A stretch of 23,432 nt of DNA. It comes from Candidatus Nanohalobium sp. Lineage in GTDB: Archaea; Nanohalarchaeota; Nanosalinia; Nanosalinales; Nanosalinaceae. The notes under the pieces were generated by a model. That model was not told where the DNA came from, did no database searches, and saw only the letters and a program-made list of their open reading frames with translations. The stretch is from positions 1 to 23,432 of the forward strand of contig JBDGTY010000013.1 of the NCBI GenBank assembly GCA_042216335.1. Reading direction: 5' to 3'. Numbering within the stretch: the first letter of the stretch is position 1; each line of letters begins with the position of its first letter. Both the position numbers and the translations under genes were made by a program. Positions 16,656-23,432 of this stretch are shown piece after piece.

Positions 16656-17726
16656 TCATCCGTTCATTACTTCCAGTCCGAGGTCGTTGACGTCGCCTGT
16701 GACTTCTGTCTCTGATTCTTCGTCGATGTCTCCGAGGACGTATGGGCTTTCCACTCCTGTGATGATGGAGATTACCTGAATCTTACCCTGAAGTTCTTCC
16801 TTGACTCTTGCGCCCCAGATCGTCTGTGCCTGGTTGTTGAGTTTGGATTTGACGTGCTGCCCGACCTCGTTGATTTCGTTAAGTGTAAGGTCGTTGCCTC
16901 CTGCGACGTGGAGCAGTGCTCCGTTTGCGCCGTCGAAGTTGACGTCTAGCAGCGGGTTGCTTAGTGCTTCGTGGATTGCTTCCTTTCCTTTGTTGTTTGT
17001 ATCTGACTCTCCGTATCCTACTACTGCTACGCCTCCGTCATTCATGATCGCCTGGACGTCTGCGTAGTCCAGATTGACGAGTGAAGGCTTTGATATCGTC
17101 TCCGTTATGCCTTTGATCATCGTGGTGATGAGTTCGTCGGCTACTCCGAATGCCTGGTCGAGAGGCATGTCTCCTGCGATATCGAGGAGTTTGTCGTTTT
17201 CAATAACGATCGCGGTGTCGACGTGCTGCCTCAGTTTGTAGAGACCATCTTCTGCCTTGCTCATCCTTGCGCCCTCGATCTCGAATGGCATAGTCACTGT
17301 TCCAATCACTATGCAGTCCTCCTTCTTCGCGATCTCTGCAAGTACAGGTGAGACTCCTGTTCCTGTTCCTCCTCCCATCCCTGCGGTGAGGAAGACCATG
17401 TCAGCGTCCTTGAACAGGTTTCTCAGTTCGGCACGGTTTTCTTCGGCGGCACGGGACCCTGTCTCTGGGTCTCCACCTGCTCCAAGGCCCTTAGTCAGGT
17501 CTCTTCCTACCAGTATCTTCCTGTCAGCGGAAGACATCTCCAGGTGCTGCTTGTCTGTGTTGATTGCGACAGTCTCGGCACCTTCAACATCCTTGTTCTG
17601 GATACGAGTTACCTGGTTGTTCCCGGCACCCCCAGCGCCGACTACCAGGATTTTGGCATCTCTTACATCATCTAGGTTTTCCGAGGTTTTGGAGTCGTTT
17701 TCAGCGTTGTCGATTATAGATTCCAT
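16656..17726 (-). CDS. ftsZ: Cell division protein FtsZ (FtsZ2-like)
   Basis: GAGGAGNN, INTDKQHL, GMGGGTGTG, NLDYADV, IWGAR. Confidence 0.98.
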   Translation of the reverse strand: MESIIDNAENDSKTSENLDDVRDAKILVVGAGGAGNNQVTRIQNKDVEGAETVAINTDKQHLEMSSADRKILVGRDLTKGLGAGGDPETGSRAAEENRAELRNLFKDADMVFLTAGMGGGTGTGVSPVLAEIAKKEDCIVIGTVTMPFEIEGARMSKAEDGLYKLRQHVDTAIVIENDKLLDIAGDMPLDQAFGVADELITTMIKGITETISKPSLVNLDYADVQAIMNDGGVAVVGYGESDTNNKGKEAIHEALSNPLLDVNFDGANGALLHVAGGNDLTLNEINEVGQHVKSKLNNQAQTIWGARVKEELQGKIQVISIITGVESPYVLGDIDEESETEVTGDVNDLGLEVMNG

Positions 17727-17796
17727 TGTAGTACCAGCCTTGCGTTTAGCACAACCTTTTTAAGTGCAGAGACCTAACTCTACCTGTAGAAAGACT

Positions 17797-17954
17797 GAGT
17801 CTTGCCCAAGACTCGATACATGCCCAAATACTGATTCGAACTTTGCCCAAAGTTCGAGACTGATACCAAACGTTCAATCGTAATCTGTAAGCCCGTTTCG
17901 AACTCGTGCCCGCGAGTCGAAACATGAATCATGTCATCGTCCGCCCAAGGACGA
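17797..17954. repeat. Array of four hairpins with a shared GCCC (GGGC on - strand) loop
   Basis: Stems at 17797-17814, 17836-17857, 17895-17923 and 17937-17954 differ in sequence but share the loop core. Confidence 0.75.
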
Positions 17955-17977
17955 ATCAAATCTATCTTAAACTAACA

Positions 17978-18026
17978 TTTCAACTCCCGCTTTATAAATC
18001 TTCTGTTACCTCGACGTTTCAACTCC
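17978..18026. promoter_or_regulatory. Palindromic TATA (TTTATAAA) flanked by TTTCAACTCC direct repeats
   Basis: TTTATAAA at 17991-17998; repeats at 17978-17987 and 18017-18026. Confidence 0.45.
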
Positions 18027-18106
18027 ACTGTTCACGAACGTTCACAGAACTGAAAACATTCCCTGCCCAGATTAATACTATAAGAATTCACACCTGCGAA
18101 CTACCT

Positions 18107-18385
18107 ATGGTCGACGCAGAAGAAGTCAGACAGGTAGCGGAGAACGCCAGAATCAAGGTAGAAGATGGGGAAGCGGAAAACTTTGCAGAAGACTTCGAAG
18201 ACATACTCGAGATGTTCGAAACACTCGACGAGATAGACACGGAAGGCGTCGAACCAGCCTTCCACCCGGTAGAAACAGGATCCAAAGCCAGGGAGGACGA
18301 GGAAGAGGAGACGCTGGAAAAAGAAAAAGTCTTCCAGAATACCGAAAACGAGGAAGACGGATACTTCAAAGGCCCGAGTGCATAG
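18107..18385 (+). CDS. gatC: Asp/Glu-tRNA amidotransferase subunit C
   Basis: VRQVAENARI...IDTEGVEP...REDE...DGYFKGP; CTATAA at 18078-18083. Confidence 0.93.
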   Translation: MVDAEEVRQVAENARIKVEDGEAENFAEDFEDILEMFETLDEIDTEGVEPAFHPVETGSKAREDEEEETLEKEKVFQNTENEEDGYFKGPSA

Positions 18386-18394
18386 AGTGAAATC

Positions 18395-19006
18395 ATGGAA
18401 GAGGGAGATCCTGTAGAATTTCACGACAGGCTGGCGGAAGATTATCTAGACGCCTTTTCAGAGCCCTCTGATTATCTGGAGAACTTTTTGCAAAAGCTTG
18501 ACGTTGGCTCGAAAGTTCTCGATGCTGGCTGCGGGGCCGAAGTCGACACTTCTTACATTGCTTCTGAAGGTTTTGAAGTCATAGGCGTTGACCTGTCCGA
18601 TGAGATGCTGAGGGTTGCCCAAGAAAACTTTGGCGATCTGGACTTCAGGAAACAGGACTTGAGAAACCTCGATTTTCCAGAAAACAGTTTTGATGGCATA
18701 GTAGCTTCTTTCTCCTTAATCTATCTTGAAAAATCAGATGTTCCAAAGGCTCTGGAGGACTTCAGAGAAATGATAAAAGACGACGGGCTGCTTTTCATAT
18801 CTGTACAGATAGGAGAATCCAGAGAACTCCTCGTTGACGATCCAGTGGTTGAAGGAGACATTTTCATGAACGTGGTGACAAAAAACGAGATCCACAAACT
18901 ACTCACAGAGAACGGTTTCAAGGTTATGGAGGAACACCAGAGGGAGCCTAAGTCACCTGACGAATTCAACTTCAATAAACTGTACATAATAGCAGAAGCC
19001 TCATGA
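18395..19006 (+). CDS. Class I SAM-dependent methyltransferase
   Basis: VLDAGCG, GVDLSDEML, SFDGIVASFSL. Confidence 0.92.
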   Translation: MEEGDPVEFHDRLAEDYLDAFSEPSDYLENFLQKLDVGSKVLDAGCGAEVDTSYIASEGFEVIGVDLSDEMLRVAQENFGDLDFRKQDLRNLDFPENSFDGIVASFSLIYLEKSDVPKALEDFREMIKDDGLLFISVQIGESRELLVDDPVVEGDIFMNVVTKNEIHKLLTENGFKVMEEHQREPKSPDEFNFNKLYIIAEAS

Positions 19007-19669
19007 CAGATCCAGATTAATGTAGTGCTTCACTTTTCCTTCAATTTCTCTGATTAGTTTTTCTCCGACTTTGACTTCCACCTTTTCATCAAATATCGGC
19101 CCGTCTGTTACGAAGCTGTGGAATTCTCCGTTCTCGCCGCATGAATCAACTTTTTCCGGGAGTTCTTTAACGAACTCTCTGTCTACCCTGCGACCAGCAA
19201 ATACTTCGCCTAGTTCTTCGTCCACGCAGACGGTTCTGGCTTTGAATCCGGGCTCGATGAACTCTTGAATAAGTTCCTCGGTGTCTTCTCCCCAGATTGG
19301 CAGTACTGCTTCCAGCGCCACATCTGCCATTGTTTCCTTTCTCTTTTCCCTGGCTTCTTCAAGGAATATGTCGCCGAACACAACTGCTTCGTACTCTCCC
19401 TTGTTCTCCTTCAACCTGTCCGACGCAAGTTCCTGGTATTTTTCCATTGAGCAGTTCTCCGGAATTTCTATCTTTTCCAGAGGAATGCCGATTGCTTCCG
19501 CCTGTCTCTCAATCAGTTTGGGGGACACTCCGTGGATGCTAACCCGGTTGCTTGAACCTGAAAAACAGGTGATCAATTTGTCCACGCTTATGTCATTCCT
19601 TTGCTGGATTCGATTCAGGGCCAGCGCCGAATCTTTTCCACCGCTCCAGAACATTACCGCCTTCTTCAT
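19001..19669 (-). CDS. Dph6/MJ0570-family PP-loop ATP pyrophosphatase
   Basis: WSGGKDS, VFGDIFLE, DSCGENGEFHSFVTDGPIF. Confidence 0.92.
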   Translation of the reverse strand: MKKAVMFWSGGKDSALALNRIQQRNDISVDKLITCFSGSSNRVSIHGVSPKLIERQAEAIGIPLEKIEIPENCSMEKYQELASDRLKENKGEYEAVVFGDIFLEEAREKRKETMADVALEAVLPIWGEDTEELIQEFIEPGFKARTVCVDEELGEVFAGRRVDREFVKELPEKVDSCGENGEFHSFVTDGPIFDEKVEVKVGEKLIREIEGKVKHYINLDLS

Positions 19670-19723
19670 AAGAAAAACTGTCGCTGGAAAAACTGATAAC
19701 TTTCAACTTTCCCAAAGTTCTGC

Positions 19724-20182
19724 ATGATACTGATTCTGGCCGGGAGAAAAGATATTCAGAAAGGGCCTGTGAAAGAACTATACTCGCGGTTGTCACTGGA
19801 TAAGGCCTCGGAACTCATGGAGCTGGAACCGCCCTCTGAGGTAGTCTTCGGCGACCAACTGGATAAAATCAGAAAGAAACTAGAACCAGGTACGGAGTTA
19901 ATAGGCTACTGTTTTGGAGGGACTTACGCACTTAATATTGAGGACGACTGGATCGATTCAAAGATCGTTATCGATCCGCCTGAAGGAGTAGAAGACTCAA
20001 ATGGAGAAACAATAGCTCCGGATTTCTCTACAGCAACGTTCCTGATAGGCTCCGGCAGCATGGATGAGGACGAAGTTCCGGATAGTGTTGAGTCGAAGTT
20101 CTTCGATACGGATCACTGGTTTTCAGATTCTAGAGATGGGCTTGTGGATGCCGTGGCTGAAAGACTGGAAGAAACCTATTAA
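19724..20182 (+). CDS. Minimal alpha/beta-hydrolase (dienelactone hydrolase-like)
   Basis: LIGYCFGG nucleophile elbow, candidate acid in SMDED, and DHWF His. Confidence 0.65.
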   Translation: MILILAGRKDIQKGPVKELYSRLSLDKASELMELEPPSEVVFGDQLDKIRKKLEPGTELIGYCFGGTYALNIEDDWIDSKIVIDPPEGVEDSNGETIAPDFSTATFLIGSGSMDEDEVPDSVESKFFDTDHWFSDSRDGLVDAVAERLEETY

Positions 20183-20205
20183 GACTCAAGAACTCAAAGA
20201 AAAGT

Positions 20206-20700
20206 ATGAAACTGGGAATAATATCCGACACACACGACCATTTCGACAAGGCGGAGGAGGCCGCTGACTTCTTCGAAGAAAAGAAAGTGGACAAAGTCAT
20301 TCACTGTGGTGATATGATCTGTCCCGCGACCGCCGAACTTTTCGACCGTGGCTTCGACTTCTACGCTGTCCGCGGCAACAATGATGGTGAATGGGGCCTG
20401 AAATCCAAGGTGGAAACTTTCGGAAACTTCTACAACAATATCGCAGAGCTCAAGTTTGATGGATCTGAGATCGCAGTTTATCACGGAACTGAGGAGGAGA
20501 TGGTCGATGCGATGGTAGAATCAGGAGAGTACGATTATGTTTTCCGTGGCCATACTCACGAGAAAAAGGTCAGGGAGGTTGACGGTACTGTCGAGATCAA
20601 TCCTGGAGGGGTCAGGCTGCCGTGGCAGGAGGAGAGGATTCACACGGTGATCCTCGATCTGGAGTCGGGCGAGTTCGAGTTCCACAGATTAGAGGTGTAG
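20206..20700 (+). CDS. YfcE/MJ0936-family metallophosphoesterase
   Basis: ISDTHD, HCGD, VRGNND, YHG, GHTH, INPG. Confidence 0.95.
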   Translation: MKLGIISDTHDHFDKAEEAADFFEEKKVDKVIHCGDMICPATAELFDRGFDFYAVRGNNDGEWGLKSKVETFGNFYNNIAELKFDGSEIAVYHGTEEEMVDAMVESGEYDYVFRGHTHEKKVREVDGTVEINPGGVRLPWQEERIHTVILDLESGEFEFHRLEV

Positions 20701-20704
20701 AATC

Positions 20705-20824
20705 ATCAAACTGAAGTGTCCGGAGTGCGGTGGGGAGATGAGTTTTGAAGGTTACCGACCTCTTTTTCCGGAATGTGTTGAATGTGATGAAAGTTTCCAC
20801 ATCGAAGACTGTGTTGAGGAGTAG
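20705..20824 (+). CDS. Small CPxCG zinc-finger protein (39 aa), ATC start, not in ORF track
   Basis: (M)KLKCPECGGEMSFEGYRPLFPECVECDESFHIEDCVEE*; GAGGTG SD 7 nt upstream. Confidence 0.75.
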   Translation: MKLKCPECGGEMSFEGYRPLFPECVECDESFHIEDCVEE

Positions 20825-20856
20825 GTAGTTAAAGTATTGTGGTTGTCTGGTTGGTT

Positions 20857-21153
20857 ATGTCTATGGAGTATTTGCGTCAGGAGCTGGGAGTGCCTGATGA
20901 TGCCGAGGAGAAAAGTGTGGATTCCCGTTTCGATAATGTGGATGGTTTTGAGGCACTGGAGTTCGAGGGAGATGACTACACCACGGCCTATATAGAGGTT
21001 GAGGACTTCAGAAACAAACTGGGTTTCACGCTGGACGAGGTGACAGAGTGGCTGGACACGCGTTATGAGACAGACTTTGGCTCTGTTGAGATAGATGATT
21101 TTGAGTATGGCAATGACTGGATCATCCTGAGAAGACAGAAAACAGGAGAGTGA
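20857..21153 (+). CDS. Acidic hypothetical protein
   Basis: D/E-rich; TTAAAG at 20829-20834 fits ATG 20857. Confidence 0.7.
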   Translation: MSMEYLRQELGVPDDAEEKSVDSRFDNVDGFEALEFEGDDYTTAYIEVEDFRNKLGFTLDEVTEWLDTRYETDFGSVEIDDFEYGNDWIILRRQKTGE

Positions 21154-21184
21154 ATTTTTAAGATTCCTCTGAAACCCTTTCTAC

Positions 21185-22588
21185 ATGAGCATCAGGGAAG
21201 TAGTCGAAGGAGACCAGACTGTAGATCAGGAAAGATTCCTGGAAGAGCTGAAGGAGAAAAACCAGGAACTCAACTTCATGAGAGAAATAGACGAAGACGA
21301 AAATTCTTCTGTGTCGAATACCTCTAATGAGGAATCCGGAGAAGAACTGGATAATATCCCTTTCGTGGTCAAGGACGCGATCTGCACAGAGGACACGACT
21401 ACTTCAGCAGGAAGCAAGATACTGGAAAACTATCAACCGGTATTCGACGCAACAGTAGTTGAAAGATTGAAAGAATCTGGAGCAAAGTTCTACGGCAAGA
21501 CACAGCAGGACGAGTTCGGCTTCGGAACATTCTCCACGAACTGCGCGTTCGGAACACCGAAAAACCCACATGACGACGAGAGGGTTGTCGGAGGTTCTTC
21601 TGGAGGCGCTGGAGCAGTGGTCGCAGCGATGGATCAGCCGCTTATCTCCATCGGAGAATCTACGGGAGGATCCATCACGAATCCAGCAGCATACAACGGA
21701 GTCGTCGGCATCACTCCGACCTATGGAAGAGTCTCCCGTTACGGCCTGGTAGATTACGCAAACAGCCTGGACAAGATAGGCGTTCTCGCCAAAACAGTAT
21801 TTGGAGCAGCAAAAGGATTGGAGGTAATCGCCGGTGAAGACGAGAATGACCAGACCATCAGCTCCGGGGAAGTCGGAGAGTACTCGGAACTCGAGAAAAA
21901 AGATGGTCTGAAAATCGGAGTGCCTAAACAGTACGCGGAACTTGAGGGAATCGAGGAAGGAGTCAAGGAAAACTTTGAGAACTCTCTGGAAAGGTTCAGG
22001 GGCCAGGGTCACGAAATCGTGGAGCTTGACATGCCCCTGCTCTCGGCTGATTATGCGCTACCTGCGTACTACGTACTGGCGATGAGCGAAGCTTCAACCA
22101 ACCTGGCGAAGATGTCAGGCATGCGATACGGCCTAGAGAAAGATCCGGAGAACTTTGATGACTTCAACGAGTACTTCTCCCAGGTCAGGAGCGAGGGCTT
22201 CGGCGAAGAAGCCAAGAGAAGGATACTTCTAGGAACATATACACGCCAGGCAGGATACAGGGACCAGTACTACATCAAGGCCGCAGAAGTACGGCAGAAG
22301 ATAATCAACCAGTTCAAGGAAGCGTTCGAGGAAGTCGACGTACTTGCCTCGCCTTCCATGCCAAATATCGCGCCGAAGATCGAGGAGGCAGAGGAGATGT
22401 CGCCGACCGAGATCTACGCCATGGATACTCTGACTGTCGGACCGAATTTGGCAGGGATGCCGATGATCTCCGTGCCGAACGGGAAGTCGGAGGGAATGCC
22501 GACAGGACTCCACATCATCGGCGACCACTTCGAGGAAGAGAAGATACTTGATGCAGCCTATACATACACTGGAGGTGAATCGAGATGA
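21185..22588 (+). CDS. gatA: Asp/Glu-tRNA amidotransferase subunit A
   Basis: VKDAI, GGSSGG, GESTGGSI, GEEAKRRILLGT amidase and GatA motifs. Confidence 0.97.
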   Translation: MSIREVVEGDQTVDQERFLEELKEKNQELNFMREIDEDENSSVSNTSNEESGEELDNIPFVVKDAICTEDTTTSAGSKILENYQPVFDATVVERLKESGAKFYGKTQQDEFGFGTFSTNCAFGTPKNPHDDERVVGGSSGGAGAVVAAMDQPLISIGESTGGSITNPAAYNGVVGITPTYGRVSRYGLVDYANSLDKIGVLAKTVFGAAKGLEVIAGEDENDQTISSGEVGEYSELEKKDGLKIGVPKQYAELEGIEEGVKENFENSLERFRGQGHEIVELDMPLLSADYALPAYYVLAMSEASTNLAKMSGMRYGLEKDPENFDDFNEYFSQVRSEGFGEEAKRRILLGTYTRQAGYRDQYYIKAAEVRQKIINQFKEAFEEVDVLASPSMPNIAPKIEEAEEMSPTEIYAMDTLTVGPNLAGMPMISVPNGKSEGMPTGLHIIGDHFEEEKILDAAYTYTGGESR

Positions 22589-23432
22589 GCAATTCAGAAA
22601 CTGACGTGATGATCGGACTGGAGACTCACGTCCAGCTGGACACGAATACCAAGCTTTTCTGCGGCTGTCCAAACAAGGAAGCAGAGGAAACCAACACGCA
22701 CGTCTGTGAAACGTGTCTCGGTCATCCTGGAAGCAAACCACGGCTGAACAGAAAGGTTCTGAGGCAGGCGGTCAAGACATCTCAGGCACTGCAGTGTGAT
22801 ATCAATGAGGATATCTTCTTCTCAAGGAAGACGTACTTCTACCCTGACATGTCGAAGAGCTACCAGATCACACAGTACGAGGTGCCTGTCGGAGAGGATG
22901 GAGAGATAGAGGTCAAGGTCGGCGACGAAAGGAAAGATATCGGCATCACACGCCTTCACATCGAAGAAGATCCTGCGAAGATGAAGCACGTCGGCGGCGA
23001 CATCGGAGACTCGGAATACACCAAGGTAGATTACAACAGGGCCGGAACACCGTTGCTGGAGATAGTAACAGAACCCGACTTCGAATCGCCGAAGGAAGCA
23101 AGGGCCTACCTCCAGCAGCTGGCCCAGATGCTAGAATACCTGAAGATTTACTTCTCTGAAAGCGACTACTCAATCAAGTCCGACGCCAACATATCTATCG
23201 ACGGAGGACAGAGGGTAGAGGTCAAGAACATAACGGGGACCGCAGGGATCGAGAAAGCGTTGAGCTACGAGATCTCCAGACAGAAACAGCTGAAGAAGAG
23301 AGGCCGTGAAGTGGAACAGCAGACAAGGAACTACGATGCAAACCAGGAGATCACCGAGATGATGAGGGAGAAGGAAACGGAGAAAGACTACGGATACATC
23401 TTCGACCCTGACCTCACCAGACAGGAACTCGA
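22585..23432 (+). CDS. gatB: Asp/Glu-tRNA amidotransferase subunit B (runs off the window)
   Basis: IGLETHVQL..TKLFCGC, RKTYFYPDMSKSYQITQY, RLHIEED, DYNRAGTPLLEIVTEPD; GGAGGTGA SD. Confidence 0.97.
   Translation, partial: MSNSETDVMIGLETHVQLDTNTKLFCGCPNKEAEETNTHVCETCLGHPGSKPRLNRKVLRQAVKTSQALQCDINEDIFFSRKTYFYPDMSKSYQITQYEVPVGEDGEIEVKVGDERKDIGITRLHIEEDPAKMKHVGGDIGDSEYTKVDYNRAGTPLLEIVTEPDFESPKEARAYLQQLAQMLEYLKIYFSESDYSIKSDANISIDGGQRVEVKNITGTAGIEKALSYEISRQKQLKKRGREVEQQTRNYDANQEITEMMREKETEKDYGYIFDPDLTRQEL

Noticed and set aside
17780..17932. 50-aa minus-strand ORF (MIHVSTRGHEF...) as cdrS or a leader peptide
   Set aside because: No RHH pattern, not acidic, and better explained by the hairpins.
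17797..18050. CRISPR array
   Set aside because: No identical 24-40 nt repeats with regular spacers and no cas genes; TTTCAACTCC occurs only twice.
17906..18106. N-terminal extension of gatC from the ORF track
   Set aside because: GatC homology and TATA spacing support ATG 18107.

Overview
Compact archaeal genome segment with strongly acidic proteins, TATA boxes about 25 nt upstream of leaderless starts, and GGTG(A) Shine-Dalgarno motifs. It is most consistent with a Nanohaloarchaeota (DPANN) draft assembly; the taxon is inferred, and there is a 99-N gap inside ABCE1. Core genes: metG, rps17e, ABCE1/Rli1, an archaeal NusA paralogue, ftsZ, gatC, gatA and partial gatB. Accessory genes: HAD-IIA phosphatase, VWA/CARDB surface protein, DUF211+VIT1 pair, three NUDIX ORFs, VapBC, a Pol-beta-type nucleotidyltransferase, a PHP-like protein and several orphans. 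Most notable: (1) ftsZ is flanked by two unannotated structured non-coding elements, an upstream hairpin array with varied stems and a shared GCCC/GGGC loop, and a downstream ~450-nt nested element with two copies of a G7-8AGGGGAGTG motif (ncRNA/UTR or oriC candidate); (2) the ABCE1 Fe-S domain has lost all its cysteines; (3) metG and an unannotated CPxCG micro-protein both appear to need an ATC start; (4) two NUDIX ORFs look like one two-domain gene split by a -1 frameshift, next to a hidden PD-(D/E)xK nuclease pseudogene; (5) a catalytically degenerate CDP-alcohol phosphatidyltransferase-like protein.
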